From positions 1,760,001 through 1,824,000 of the forward strand of contig CBDBDQ010000005.1 in NCBI GenBank assembly GCA_965203905.1: a stretch of DNA of 64,000 nucleotides, given 5' to 3'. Shown in pieces: positions 50,036 to 64,000 of the stretch. Made by a program: the position numbers and the translations under genes. Below the pieces are notes generated by a model that made no database searches, was not told where the DNA came from, and saw only the letters and a list, made by a program, of their open reading frames with translations. How positions within the stretch are numbered: position 1 is the stretch's first letter; every line of letters begins with the position of its first letter. This DNA is from Spirochaetia bacterium (GTDB taxonomy: Bacteria > Spirochaetota > Spirochaetia > SZUA-6 > Bin103).

Positions 50036-50274
50036 CGTACAGTTATGGGGCCTCCATACATCGGCAGCAGTCTGCTGTGGGTGCACGTGATCATACTACC
50101 ATAACGTGTTTTGCGGAGCGGCCCTTGGGCTACGCAACGATACGCGGGGCTGTCAGAGGAGCGCACCGAAACCCAACCTAGTGACGGTGCCATCATGAGA
50201 CATGCGGGGAAGTTGTTACTGCCACTGGCGTCGCGGGCGGGGCATGGGGTAGATTGTGACTGTCTCACCCGTCC

Positions 50275-50934
50275 ATGCGCTGGCTGCTCGATCTGCTCTC
50301 CACCTCCATCGGCAAGAAGCTGCTGATGGCGCTTACCGGCCTGTTCCTGGTGCTGTTCCTGGCCGTGCACCTGTACGGCAACCTGTACCTCTACGTCGGT
50401 GAGGAGGCATTCAACCACCACGCCGAGTCGATCTCCGGCAACGCGCTGATCCGCGTCGTGGAGGTGCTGCTGTTCCTGGCGATCGTGGCGCACGCGGTCA
50501 ACGGCGTGCAGTTGACCGTTCGCAACCGGCGCGCGCGACCGCAGCGCTACCGCGTGAAGCGGCATGCCGGCTTCAGCACCCTGGCGTCGCGGAGCATGAT
50601 TGTCAGCGGCAGCGTGGTGTTCATCTTCATTGTCGTGCACCTGCGCAACTTCTTCTGGGAGGCGCGCTTTGGGCGCGCGGCGGCGGGCGAGTCGCTGTAC
50701 CAGGTGGTCACCGAGACGTTCGCGATGCCCGGTTACGCGGCGCTGTACGTAATCGCCATGGTGCTGCTGGGCCTGCACCTGGCGCACGGCTTCCTGAGCG
50801 CGCTGCGCACCTTCGGCATCGAGCACCGGCGCTACACGCCGCTGCTGCGCGGGGTGGGGCTGGTGCTGGCGATCGGCTTCGCCGCCGCGTTCGCCTCGCT
50901 GCCGATCGTGTTCTTCGTCCGGAGTCTCGCGTGA
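50275..50934 (+). CDS. sdhC: Succinate dehydrogenase cytochrome b558 subunit
   Basis: SIGKKLLMALTG, HLYGN, five TM helices with four candidate heme His, HLAHG. Confidence 0.92.
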   Translation: MRWLLDLLSTSIGKKLLMALTGLFLVLFLAVHLYGNLYLYVGEEAFNHHAESISGNALIRVVEVLLFLAIVAHAVNGVQLTVRNRRARPQRYRVKRHAGFSTLASRSMIVSGSVVFIFIVVHLRNFFWEARFGRAAAGESLYQVVTETFAMPGYAALYVIAMVLLGLHLAHGFLSALRTFGIEHRRYTPLLRGVGLVLAIGFAAAFASLPIVFFVRSLA

Positions 50935-50955
50935 CGCTGGCGCCACGAGGTGTAC

Positions 50956-52874
<1,919 letters not shown>

Positions 52875-52878
<4 letters not shown>

Positions 52879-54131
52879 TCGTGTCCATGGACACGTGGTC
52901 CGTACCAGAGACCGCTTCGGTGCCTGGCAGGCTCCGGCGCCGTCGCGAACCCGTTACAGGTGGCAAATCGCACCGTCGGTTACTCGCAACCTTAATGTTC
53001 CCCCTGCTGACGGCCACACTTGGAGCTCAGGAATGGCAACTCCCAACTGATGCTGAGTCTGACAGGGTTGAGTTAGAGATAATGCTCCGCTACCTGCTGC
53101 AGAGTGGCGATCCCGGTGTAGTGCGCCAGTTGTTCGCCGACCACCTTCCTTTGTCACTGGGTGAGCTTGCCGAGATCGATAACCTGTTCACACACCATCT
53201 CAGCGACGACGTATCGGACCGATTGTGTGGCCTATTTAATGATGTATCCGATTCCGCGTTTGGGATGTTGGTGGTACTGCACGAACAAGGGTTACTGCAT
53301 CCGGGCGACGAAGCAGACGAAGCCGGCGATATGCTCACCAACCTACTCGCACTTGCGTTGTTGTGCCGGCAGTCACCGCACCGAGGGGATATCGACAAGA
53401 CTGGACCAACTGCTGCCCCCGGCCTGGGCGCCCAGGCGCGGATAGTTGCATCTGTTGCCGACCCGCACACCGCTTCGGTTAGCGGCACGGTCAGTTTTGC
53501 GGGGTACGTGCCTGAGATGGCTCTGCTTGATATGTCGGCGGATCCGGTGTGCGCAGAGCTAAATCGAAAGGACCCTAAGCGTCGCGAAGTCCTGGTGCTT
53601 GGCGACGCGAGGAGGATCGCCAACGTGCTGGTACAGATCAAGGGTGGCCTGCCCCACACGCTGCTGGAAAGGGTGGATAGCCCACCCGACATGGTCGTGG
53701 AGTTCGACCAGGGCGGCTGCCAGTACAGCCCGCACGTGTTCGCGTTGCGCGTCGGCCAGACCCTGAAGATCCTCAATCCCGACGGCACGCTGCACAACGT
53801 GTACGCCTTCTCCAAGGTCAACGCGGAGTTCAACGAGGCGATGCCCAAGTTCCGCACCGAGCTGGAGAAGGTGTTCGACAAGGCGGAGCCGACGCCGTTC
53901 GCGATAAAGTGCGACGTGCATCCGTGGATGAACGCTTGGGCGGCGGTGTTCGATCACCCGTACTACGCTGTGACCGGGAGTAGCGGCAGGTTCACGATCA
54001 GTAATTTGCCGGCAGGCACCTACGAGTTGGAGATCTGGCACGAGCGGATTCCGGCGCAGACCTATGTGGTTAGCGTGGGAGCAGGTGAAGACGTTCACTT
54101 AAACGCAGTGATGAGGGTTCCGTCAAGCTGA
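52875..54131 (+). CDS. Exported protein: unknown helical N-terminal domain + carboxypeptidase-regulatory-like/cupredoxin module
   Basis: 3' part of ORF 51009-54131 after the sdhA stop (GTGA overlap; ATG 52887 is an alternative start). Signal-like [16 protein letters not shown]; [41 protein letters not shown]. Confidence 0.75.
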
Positions 54132-54159
54132 GCTACAACGTCTTGGAAGGTAGAGAACA

Positions 54160-54954
54160 ATGAGATTGCAACTGACCATCCGGTGGCCACAGCGCCGGCA
54201 CGCTGCTGTTGTCGGGATGCGCCTATGGACCGTTGCGGTCGTAATGCTGTCGTTGGTGACTTTCACACTCGGGGCTCGCGAACGGCAACCCCTGATGGAT
54301 GCCGAGCATGCCTCCATCAGCGGCACGGTCACCTACGCGGGACCCGGTTCCGAGATCACCTTGTTGGACATGTCCACGGACCCCGTGTGCGTCGAACTGA
54401 ACCGGGAGAGTCCGCAGCGCCGCGAGGCCTTGGTGCTCGGCACGGCGCGGGGGCTGGCCAACGTGCTGGTGCAGCTCAAGGGAAGGCTGCCGCGTAACGG
54501 CGATGCGCTACCCGGCACGGCCGTGGAACTCGACCAGAGCGGGTGCCGGTTCGCCCCGCACGTGCTTGCCCTGCGCGTCGGCCAGACCCTGAGAGTGCTC
54601 AATCCCGACGGCACGCTGCACACCGTGCACGCCTACTCCAGGGTCAATCCCAGCTTCAATGATGCGATGCCCAGGTTCCGCACCATGCTCGAGAGGGTGT
54701 TCGACCAGACGGAGCCGACCCCGTTCGTCGTGAAGTGCGAGGTCCACCCGTGGATGAGCGCCTGGGTAGCGGTGTTCGATCACCCGTACTATTTCGTCAC
54801 CGGGCGTGACGGGAGCTTTCGGATCGGCAACCTGCCGGCCGGCACCTACGAGTTGGAGCTCTGGCACGAGCGGCTGCGGGCACAGACGCACACGGTTACG
54901 GTGGCGGCTGGCGAGAGTGTCCGCGTGGACGCCGTGATGCGAGTGGGAAGGTAG
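54160..54954 (+). CDS. Exported carboxypeptidase-regulatory-like/cupredoxin protein (paralog of upstream gene)
   Basis: Signal peptide; [42 protein letters not shown]. Confidence 0.8.
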   Translation: MRLQLTIRWPQRRHAAVVGMRLWTVAVVMLSLVTFTLGARERQPLMDAEHASISGTVTYAGPGSEITLLDMSTDPVCVELNRESPQRREALVLGTARGLANVLVQLKGRLPRNGDALPGTAVELDQSGCRFAPHVLALRVGQTLRVLNPDGTLHTVHAYSRVNPSFNDAMPRFRTMLERVFDQTEPTPFVVKCEVHPWMSAWVAVFDHPYYFVTGRDGSFRIGNLPAGTYELELWHERLRAQTHTVTVAAGESVRVDAVMRVGR

Positions 54955-54960
54955 AGAACG

Positions 54961-55704
<744 letters not shown>

Positions 55705-55719
55705 CGGGCTCAGCTGCGA

Positions 55720-56112
55720 TTAGCGGCGGCGGCGCAGGACGGCGACCGCGATCCAGACCGGCAGACTCAGAATGACCGCGTAGAAGGCGATCGCCAGCGG
55801 GCCCAGGAGCCCCGCGACCAGCGCCGCCGCCACGGTCGCGGGCGCCAGCACCGCGGCGGCGACCCAGGTGGCGCGGACGTAGCCCAGCCGGCGCAGCTGC
55901 CGGCAGGCCAGCGCCAGGGGCAGGCCCGCGGGCGCCACCACGACCAGCGACAGCAGCGGCGCCAGCAACGATGCCATCGCCGGCACGTCAGGCCCGCTAC
56001 CGAATCCGAAACCACGCAACAACGCCGAAAGGATCAGCCCCACCGGCAGCCACAGCAGTGCGGCGATGAAGAAAATCGGGCCTGACCACTGCCGCGCCTT
56101 GCGAGCGGACAT
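55720..56112 (-). CDS. Hypothetical membrane protein
   Basis: 130 aa with ~4 hydrophobic helices, starting 5 bp after the fic stop. Confidence 0.6.
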   Translation of the reverse strand: MSARKARQWSGPIFFIAALLWLPVGLILSALLRGFGFGSGPDVPAMASLLAPLLSLVVVAPAGLPLALACRQLRRLGYVRATWVAAAVLAPATVAAALVAGLLGPLAIAFYAVILSLPVWIAVAVLRRRR

Positions 56113-56117
56113 GGCAG

Positions 56118-57242
56118 CTACGCTTGCCCGGAGCTGTGCGGCTCTGCGGCGGCCAGCCGGTAGCTGGTGCTGCGTCCTCCGCCCGGGTTCCGAACGATGA
56201 CGCCGCGAGCCAGAAGGTCGCGAATGTCGCGCAACGCGGAGTCGGTGGAGCACTTGGCGAGCTTGGCGTACTTCGACGTCGTGAGATGGCCGTGGAAGTC
56301 CCCGAGCAGAAGGTTGATGATCGCGCGCTGCCGGTCGTTCACCGGCCGCTGGTTGATCCGCTGCCACAGCCTTGCCTTGTAGAGTACCGAGGCGAGCTGA
56401 TTGCCGGCTTCCTGGATGCAACGGTCGAGGCAGGCGAGGAACCACGTGAGCCAGACGGTAATGTCGAGGCTGCCGCGCTGCGCGGCTTCCAGGCGGCGGT
56501 AGTACTGCTCGCGCTGTGCTTCGATTGCGGAGGACATGCTGTAGTAGCGCTCCTGCGTGCCGTCGGCCTGCGCCAGTGCAAGTTCGGCGATGGCGCGGGC
56601 GATGCGACCGTTGCCGTCGTCGAATGGGTGAATTGTTACAAACCAGAAATGGGCGACGCCCGCTTTGAGCACGGGGTCGATCGCCGGCGCCGCGAACCAC
56701 TCCAGGAAGCGCCTCATCTCGTCTTCGAGGCGCGCGGCGGCGGGTGCCTGAAAGTGCACCCTCTCCCTGCCCAGCGGACCCGACACGACCTGCATCGGTC
56801 CGCCCTCATCCGTACGCCACGCTCCCACGGCAATCCGGTTCAGCCCGCTGTAGCCGGTGGGAAACAGTGCCGCATGCCAGCGAAACAGTCGCTCGGCGGT
56901 GAGCGGCCGGTCGAAGTTGCGGGTGGCATCGAGCATCATGGCGACCACTCCTTCGACGTCGCGTCCCGGCACGGGGAGGCGCGCGGCGTCGAGGCCAAGC
57001 TGGCGGGTGATCGACGAGCGCACCTGGGCCGGGTCCAGATGTTCGCCCTCGATGGCCGATGACCGTACGACCTCGGTGGTCAGCACCGAGACCCGGGCCT
57101 CGGTTCGAAGGTCGAATCCCAGGGCTTCCAGGTTCCCGAGATGTCTGCCCTGCTTGTGGCGCACATCCGCCAGCAACGCCCCCACGGGGGCATCGTCCCA
57201 GGTGAAATCGGGCCATTCCGGCCGTTCGTGGATCCAGGTCAT
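56118..57242 (-). CDS. Fic family protein (DUF4172-Fic-wHTH)
   Basis: WIHERPEWPDFTW, SSAIEGE, HPFDDGNGRIAR, C-terminal GGGRSTSY. Confidence 0.92.
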   Translation of the reverse strand: MTWIHERPEWPDFTWDDAPVGALLADVRHKQGRHLGNLEALGFDLRTEARVSVLTTEVVRSSAIEGEHLDPAQVRSSITRQLGLDAARLPVPGRDVEGVVAMMLDATRNFDRPLTAERLFRWHAALFPTGYSGLNRIAVGAWRTDEGGPMQVVSGPLGRERVHFQAPAAARLEDEMRRFLEWFAAPAIDPVLKAGVAHFWFVTIHPFDDGNGRIARAIAELALAQADGTQERYYSMSSAIEAQREQYYRRLEAAQRGSLDITVWLTWFLACLDRCIQEAGNQLASVLYKARLWQRINQRPVNDRQRAIINLLLGDFHGHLTTSKYAKLAKCSTDSALRDIRDLLARGVIVRNPGGGRSTSYRLAAAEPHSSGQA

Positions 57243-57368
57243 GATCGCCGCACGAATTGCAGCGATTATGGCAAATGCCCTGGCATCCGGTCAATCATTC
57301 GCCGCAACTTGTGCGGTGAAAACCGTCCGCATTCACGGCATGGCTCATCGACCGGCGCGCCTTCGCCC

Positions 57369-58169
57369 TCAGTAGATTCTGAATGGGAAGTACTTTGCAT
57401 TGATTCGGGCGTAGGTACCGTCGGCGAGGATCGCCGCGATGGCGGCGTTGAGCCGCTTGCGCAGCTCGTCATCCTCCTTGCGTACCGCGATGCCGATGCC
57501 TTCGTCCACGCTGTGGGCATCGCCGACCATCTGGTACTCGCCCCCGGCCTCGGTCTGCAGCCACTCGTACAGCATCAGCCCGTCGCCGAACACCGCGTCG
57601 AGTTGGCCGCCGGCCAGGTCCAGGAACACGCTCGCCTGAGTGTCGTACAGCGTGACCTGCGCGGCGCCGGCATGCTCTTCCAGCCAACTCGCGGCGATGG
57701 TGCCACGTTGCGCGCCGATGTTCTTGCCGGACGGAAACGCAGGATCGAATCCGCCGCCCTTGGCGGCAACGAAGCGCACCTGGTTGCTGTAATACTTGTC
57801 GGTAAAGCTGACCATGCGCTTGCGCTCATCGGTGATCGACATGCTGGCCACGATCGCGTCGTACTTCTTCTCCAGCAGCGCCGGGATGATGCCGTCCCAC
57901 TCCTGGGCCACGAATGCGCACTCCACCTGCATCTGCGCACACAGCGCCAGCGCTATGTCGACGTCAAACCCCGTCAGTTCACCCGACTCGTCGAGGTAGT
58001 TGAACGGAGGGTAGTTGGCCTCGGTGCCGATGCGCAGCGTTGCGGGCAACCCGCCGTCCGCATCCGCACCGCCGCCGGCAAACAGCAGCGGCGCGCTCAG
58101 CGCCACCAACAATGCCGCCAAGACCGGTCTCACTACCGCCTCCCGCAGCTCCAACGATGCGGCGCCCAT
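57369..58169 (-). CDS. Polar amino-acid ABC transporter substrate-binding protein (ArgT/HisJ-like), no permease adjacent
   Basis: GTEANYPPFN, GFDVDIA, WDGIIPAL, SMSITDER, GIAVRK. Confidence 0.9.
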   Translation of the reverse strand: MGAASLELREAVVRPVLAALLVALSAPLLFAGGGADADGGLPATLRIGTEANYPPFNYLDESGELTGFDVDIALALCAQMQVECAFVAQEWDGIIPALLEKKYDAIVASMSITDERKRMVSFTDKYYSNQVRFVAAKGGGFDPAFPSGKNIGAQRGTIAASWLEEHAGAAQVTLYDTQASVFLDLAGGQLDAVFGDGLMLYEWLQTEAGGEYQMVGDAHSVDEGIGIAVRKEDDELRKRLNAAIAAILADGTYARINAKYFPFRIY

Positions 58170-58292
58170 CTTTGGATCATAGCGGTCGCGGGGCGTCCGG
58201 CGCCAGAGCCACCACGGACTCGCACCGGTGCGGCGCCCACCGCTACGACCGTGTCGCCGGCGTCGAGGTGCACCGGTACGCGCGGAAAGCGG

Positions 58293-59315
58293 TCACAGGC
58301 CGGTCTCGAGCAGTGCCTTGGCGAGGCGGTCGAGATCGGCACGGTTCTCGATCCTGCCGAGCTTCAAGGTACGGCGCACGACGGGCAGCCAGGGGCCCAG
58401 CGCCGTGCGCAGCGACTGCAGCTCGAAGGCGGTGGTGTCGGGGGCGGCGCCGGCGGCGAACGGCAGTTGGTCGAGGGCGCCGAGCAGGGTGGTGAGAAAG
58501 CGCGCGATGCGCCGCATCTTGCGGTAGTTGAGCTGCGCAGGGGTGTCGCTCCCCTGGTGATAGTGTTCCCAGCGGCCGCAGGAGAAGAACAGGTAGGGCT
58601 GCTCGGCACGGCGAAACGGCAGGTGGTCGCTGACGTCGCCGATGTAGCGGTTGAGGGTCGCGATCAAAGGCAGCCGCCAGGGCCTCCGGCACCCCGCCAC
58701 CGCCGGTGCCAGTTCCGCATGTGACTCCGCTCCGGTCATGAACAGGAGGTTGCGGATGCGCGGCAGGCGGCGCTGCCGGCCGCCGAGCGGGAGCCGCACG
58801 TCGTGGCCGGTGAGGTCCTGGATCACCGCGCAGGCGATGCCGCGCTCATCCATCTGCCGGCCGTGGAAGTGCAGGCTGCCCATCGCCGGGGTGCCGGTGT
58901 AGGGCGACTCCTCGTTGTCGAACAGGGCCACCACCACGTCGCGCGACAGCGGCCGGCTCACCAGCTCCAGGGCCACCTCCAGCACGATGGCCACTGCCGC
59001 CGCGTTGTCGTCGGCGCAGGGAGCCTCCAGCACGCTGTCGTAGTGGGCGCCGAGCAGCAGCGGCGGCGCCTCGCGCCGGGACCCGGCCACCACCGCGGCC
59101 AGGTTCATCCCCTCCGTCGCCGCGCCGCCCTCCGGGGCTCCCGGCACGGTGAACGGCAGGCGGAAGGAGTCGCCCCGGTAGGGCCGCAGGCCGATGGTGT
59201 GCAGCCGCTCCACCAGGTAGTGCTCGGCGCGGCGGTGGCCGAGGGTGCCCGGCTTGCGGCCCTCGGCGGTGGCCAGAGCCGCCACGTCGTCACGCAACCG
59301 CCGTACCGCCGTCAT
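58293..59315 (-). CDS. M28 family metallopeptidase
   Basis: GAHYDS, ADDNAA, FDNEE, SDHLPF, YHQGSD. Confidence 0.88.
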   Translation of the reverse strand: MTAVRRLRDDVAALATAEGRKPGTLGHRRAEHYLVERLHTIGLRPYRGDSFRLPFTVPGAPEGGAATEGMNLAAVVAGSRREAPPLLLGAHYDSVLEAPCADDNAAAVAIVLEVALELVSRPLSRDVVVALFDNEESPYTGTPAMGSLHFHGRQMDERGIACAVIQDLTGHDVRLPLGGRQRRLPRIRNLLFMTGAESHAELAPAVAGCRRPWRLPLIATLNRYIGDVSDHLPFRRAEQPYLFFSCGRWEHYHQGSDTPAQLNYRKMRRIARFLTTLLGALDQLPFAAGAAPDTTAFELQSLRTALGPWLPVVRRTLKLGRIENRADLDRLAKALLETGL

Positions 59316-59327
59316 GCTGCGCCTCCC

Positions 59328-60734
<1,407 letters not shown>

Positions 60735-60737
60735 GAT

Positions 60738-61691
60738 TCAGGCCAGCTCCGGGTACAGCCGCCGCACCGTGTCCACCAGCTCGCCCACGTGGGCCGCGGA
60801 CTCCGCCAGCAGGCGCTGTTCCGGTTCCTGCAGGCTCACTTCCAGCACCCGCTCCATGCCGCCGGCGCCGAGCACGCAGGGCACGCCCACGAACAGGCCG
60901 TCGATCCCGTAGTGGCCGGCGCAATACCCCGCGCACGGCAGAATCCGCTTCTTGTCGCGCACGATCGCCTCCACCATCTGCGTCACCGCCGCGGCCGGCG
61001 CGTAGTAGGCGCTGGTGCCGAGCAGCCCCACGATCTCGCCGCCGCCCTGCTTGGCGCGCTCCACCAGTTGCGCCAGCCGCTGCTCGCTGATGAACTCGGT
61101 CACCGGAATGCCGGCGATGTTGGTGAACCGCGGCAACGGCACCATGTCGTCGCCGTGGCCGCCCAGCAGCAGGGTGTTGATGTCCTCCACCGAGAAGCCG
61201 GTCTCCTCGGCGATGAAGGTCTTGAAGCGGCCGATGTCCAGGCAGCCGGCCTGGCCGACGATGCGGCTGGTGGGGAAGCCGGTCACCTTCCACGCGGTGT
61301 ACACCATGGCGTCGAGCGGGTTGCTCACCACGATCACGATGCTGTCGGGAGCGTGGTTGACGAGCTGCTCGCTCACGCTGCGCACGATGGCGACGTTGGT
61401 CTTGATCAGGTCGTCGCGGCTCATTCCGGGCTTGCGCGGTATGCCGGCGGTCACCACCACCACGTCGGCGCCGGCGATGTCGGCGTAGTCGGCGGTCCCG
61501 CTCACGGTGCAGTCGAAGCGCCGTATCGGCGCGCACTCGTACAGGTCCAGCGCCTTGCCCCGGGTCGGGTTCTCCATCTGCGGTATGTCCACCAGCACCA
61601 CGTCGCCGAGCTGTTGCGACACGATCCAGAGCGCGCACGAGGCGCCGACGTTGCCCGCGCCGATCACGGCGATCCTGGCCTTTCCAACCAT
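60738..61691 (-). CDS. mdh: Malate dehydrogenase (LDH-like)
   Basis: [39 protein letters not shown]. Confidence 0.96.
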   Translation of the reverse strand: MVGKARIAVIGAGNVGASCALWIVSQQLGDVVLVDIPQMENPTRGKALDLYECAPIRRFDCTVSGTADYADIAGADVVVVTAGIPRKPGMSRDDLIKTNVAIVRSVSEQLVNHAPDSIVIVVSNPLDAMVYTAWKVTGFPTSRIVGQAGCLDIGRFKTFIAEETGFSVEDINTLLLGGHGDDMVPLPRFTNIAGIPVTEFISEQRLAQLVERAKQGGGEIVGLLGTSAYYAPAAAVTQMVEAIVRDKKRILPCAGYCAGHYGIDGLFVGVPCVLGAGGMERVLEVSLQEPEQRLLAESAAHVGELVDTVRRLYPELA

Positions 61692-61798
61692 TCAGAGAGC
61701 CTCCTGTTCCCGGCGCACAGCAACTCCGCCCGCCGTGGTCCATCTGTCGTTTGCTTGTCGGTGGCACACGCTGTCTCTATATTCCGGGAACCAGACGC

Positions 61799-62374
61799 AT
61801 GGGTGCCGCCACCACAGATGCAGCCACCGAAATCGAGGCGTGCTACCGCCGGATTATACGGCAACTGGGGGAGGATAGCGACCGCGAGGGTCTGCTGCGT
61901 ACCCCGCAACGGGCGGCCCGCGCGCTGATCGATCTCACCGCGGGCTATGGCGAGGATCTGCGCAGCATCGTCAATGGCGCCATCTTCGAGTCCGAATCGG
62001 ACGAGATGATCATGGTGCGCAACATCGAGACCTATTCGCTGTGCGAGCACCACCTGCTGCCGTTCATCGGCCAGTGCCACGTCGCCTACATCCCCGACGG
62101 CAAGATCATCGGACTCTCCAAGATCCCGCGCATCGTCAATCACTTCGCGCGCCGGCTGCAAATCCAGGAGCGGCTCACCACCCAGGTGGCGCATGCCGTC
62201 GAGCAGGCGGTCGGTGCCCAGGGCGTGGGCGTGGTGGTGGAGGCCAGCCACCTGTGCGTGATGATGCGCGGCGTCGAGAAGCAGCACTCGCAGATGAAGA
62301 CCTCCTGCATGCTCGGAAGCTTCCGCAGCTCGGCCACCACGCGGGGCGAGTTCCTGCAGTTGCTGGGCTCCTGA
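61799..62374 (+). CDS. folE: GTP cyclohydrolase I
   Basis: [42 protein letters not shown]. Confidence 0.96.
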   Translation: MGAATTDAATEIEACYRRIIRQLGEDSDREGLLRTPQRAARALIDLTAGYGEDLRSIVNGAIFESESDEMIMVRNIETYSLCEHHLLPFIGQCHVAYIPDGKIIGLSKIPRIVNHFARRLQIQERLTTQVAHAVEQAVGAQGVGVVVEASHLCVMMRGVEKQHSQMKTSCMLGSFRSSATTRGEFLQLLGS

Positions 62375-62395
62375 CCGGAGCGGGGCGCCGGGCAC

Positions 62396-62746
62396 GTGGA
62401 CCGCATCGTGATTCGCGAGCTGCGCATCCAGTGCATCGTGGGCGTGCTCCCCGCCGAGCGGGTTACCCCGCAGGAAGTGCTGGTCAGCCTCGACGTCGGT
62501 ACCGACGTGGCGCGCGCGGCCCGCTCCGGCGACCTGGATCACACCATCGACTACGCAGCGCTGGCGGAGCAGGCGCGGGCACTGGTGGTGGCGGGGCGCT
62601 ACCGGCTGCTGGAGACCATGGCCGAGGATTTAGCGCGCTGCGTGCTGCAGTCGCCGTTGGCGAGCGAGGTGCGCGTGAGCGTCCGCAAGCCCGCCGCCAT
62701 CGCCGCGGCGTGGGATGCGGGGGTGGAGATTGTCCGTACCCGTTGA
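62396..62746 (+). CDS. folB: Dihydroneopterin aldolase
   Basis: DRIVIREL..GVLPAER..Q, TIDY, LLETMAE, VRKP. Confidence 0.92.
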   Translation: MDRIVIRELRIQCIVGVLPAERVTPQEVLVSLDVGTDVARAARSGDLDHTIDYAALAEQARALVVAGRYRLLETMAEDLARCVLQSPLASEVRVSVRKPAAIAAAWDAGVEIVRTR

Positions 62747-63530
62747 CCGGCGGCCCACCATCCTCGGCGTCATAAACCTGTCGCCGGAGTCGAACGTACC
62801 CGGTTCCCATGCCACCGACCTGCGGTCGGTGCGGGCTCGGGCCGCCCACCTCCGCGCCGACGGTGCCGATTTCGTGGAACTGGGCGCGCGTTCCATCAGC
62901 CCCGATCGGCCGCCCGTGGGCGAGGCCGAGGAGTGGCGCCGGCTGCAACCGGCGCTGCAGGCGCTGGTGGCTGCTGGCTACCGGGTCGCGGTGGACACCT
63001 GGAGCGAGGCGTGTGCGCAGCGGGCCCTGGAGCACGGGGCCGGCTTCATCAACTTTACCGGCGCCATGCCGTCCGCGGCGCTGTGCGCTGCGGTGGCACG
63101 AAGCGGCGCGGCCCTCTGCGTGCTGTACCTGCCCTATCCCGATCCCTACGCCATGCGGACCTGCAATCCCGTGGCCTACGACGGCGCGGCCATTCTCGAT
63201 CACTTGTGGAAGGCACTGGCGCGCGCTCGCGCAACAGGGCTGCGGCGCCTGGTCCTGGATCCCAACCTGGGCATATTCCATCCCACGTTCGACGCCGCCA
63301 CCAAGATCGCGTATCAGATCCAGGCGATCGCCGCGCTGCCGGCGGTGGCGGCCCTGGGCGTCCCGACGCTGGCCTACCTGGCGCGCAAGAAGGAGCTCTC
63401 CAGCAGGCTGCTGATCGCGGCCCAGCTGGCTGCGGCGGGAGTGGATTACGTGCGCGCCCACGAGCCGGCCCTGGCGCTGCAGGCATGGACGCTGCGGGTC
63501 ACGTCACCGGTGGCTGCCCGTGGCTGCTGA
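62730..63530 (+). CDS. folP: Dihydropteroate synthase (divergent)
   Basis: ILGVINLSPES, GADFVELGARS, VDT, LDPNLG, ARK, RAHE; between folB and folK; start uncertain. Confidence 0.82.
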   Translation: MSVPVDRRPTILGVINLSPESNVPGSHATDLRSVRARAAHLRADGADFVELGARSISPDRPPVGEAEEWRRLQPALQALVAAGYRVAVDTWSEACAQRALEHGAGFINFTGAMPSAALCAAVARSGAALCVLYLPYPDPYAMRTCNPVAYDGAAILDHLWKALARARATGLRRLVLDPNLGIFHPTFDAATKIAYQIQAIAALPAVAALGVPTLAYLARKKELSSRLLIAAQLAAAGVDYVRAHEPALALQAWTLRVTSPVAARGC

Positions 63531-64000
63531 TCTGTACCTCGCCCTCGGCTCCAACATCGCACCGCGGCGCCACCTGGCGCAGGCGCTGCGGCTGTTGCGG
63601 GCGCGCTATCCGCTGTTGCGGGTGTCATCCTGGTTCCACACGCTGCCGTGGGGAGAGACCAGGCAGCCGTGGTTCCTGAACTGCGCCGTGCACGTGGTGA
63701 CCTGGGAACAGCCGCTGCAGGTGCTGGACTTCACCCAGGCGGTAGAGCGGCTGCTGGGACGGCGGCGGGTGCTGGCCAACGGGCCGCGTACGGTGGACAT
63801 CGACCTGCTGCTGTACGGCGACCACGTGCATGACGGCGCCCGCCTCATCCTGCCGCATCCGGGACTGCGGGCACGCGACTTCATGCTGGTGCCGCTGCTG
63901 GAGCTGGCGCCACGGGCGCGTGACCCGCGCGACGGCACCAGCCTGGCCGCGGCGCTGCCCGCCGTGACCTGGCACCAGATCGTGCGCCGCACTCGCCGCC
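63520..64000 (+). CDS. folK: 2-amino-4-hydroxy-6-hydroxymethyldihydropteridine diphosphokinase (3'-truncated by window edge; absent from the ORF track)
   Basis: Manual translation from GTG 63520: YLALGSNI, QPWFLNCAV, ERLLGR, GPRTVDIDLLLY, LPHP..RDFMLVPLLEL. Confidence 0.93.
   Translation, partial: MAADLYLALGSNIAPRRHLAQALRLLRARYPLLRVSSWFHTLPWGETRQPWFLNCAVHVVTWEQPLQVLDFTQAVERLLGRRRVLANGPRTVDIDLLLYGDHVHDGARLILPHPGLRARDFMLVPLLELAPRARDPRDGTSLAAALPAVTWHQIVRRTRR

Overview
High-GC bacterial genomic window, mostly housekeeping and energy metabolism, interrupted by a decayed/accessory block (~22.8-31.3 kb) and smaller inserts. N-termini such as 'LFAGGGAD' and 'VASGAGE', plus PhyH, Uma2-remnant and standalone AAA genes, weakly suggest a spirochaete-like, possibly host-associated lineage (inference only). 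In order: 3' end of an Lhr helicase; menG-menF-menD; two TetR regulators; a PhyH dioxygenase; a DUF4382/circularly permuted ATP-grasp/transglutaminase/alpha-E operon; glgP with a ~1630-aa GH13 amylase-GT5 glycogen synthase fusion; csoR-copA with a divergent cytochrome c; Uma2, ZIP and MgtE pseudogenes; an AAA ATPase; a candidate defence cassette; a Rieske/split cytochrome b/octaheme cytochrome c complex; ferredoxins and FprA; vapBC; an HCF101-like Mrp; a divergent citrate-synthase pair; a broken DUF262-HEPN module; sdhCA-[two cupredoxin-like genes]-sdhB; Fic; fumC; mdh; and folE-folB-folP-folK. No rRNA, tRNA, CRISPR array, integrase or transposase was recognised. The best candidate for an undescribed system is the five-gene minus-strand cassette at 26890-31276: an unknown helical protein, a Walker-degenerate DUF2791/BrxD-like ATPase, an intact one, a TIR-domain protein whose C-terminus resembles a DUF3018/MazE-type antitoxin tail, and a translationally coupled MazF toxin. 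Runners-up are the amicyanin-like copper-motif genes splitting sdhA from sdhB, and the GH13-GT5 fusion. All calls come from motif recognition by eye; no database searches were run.
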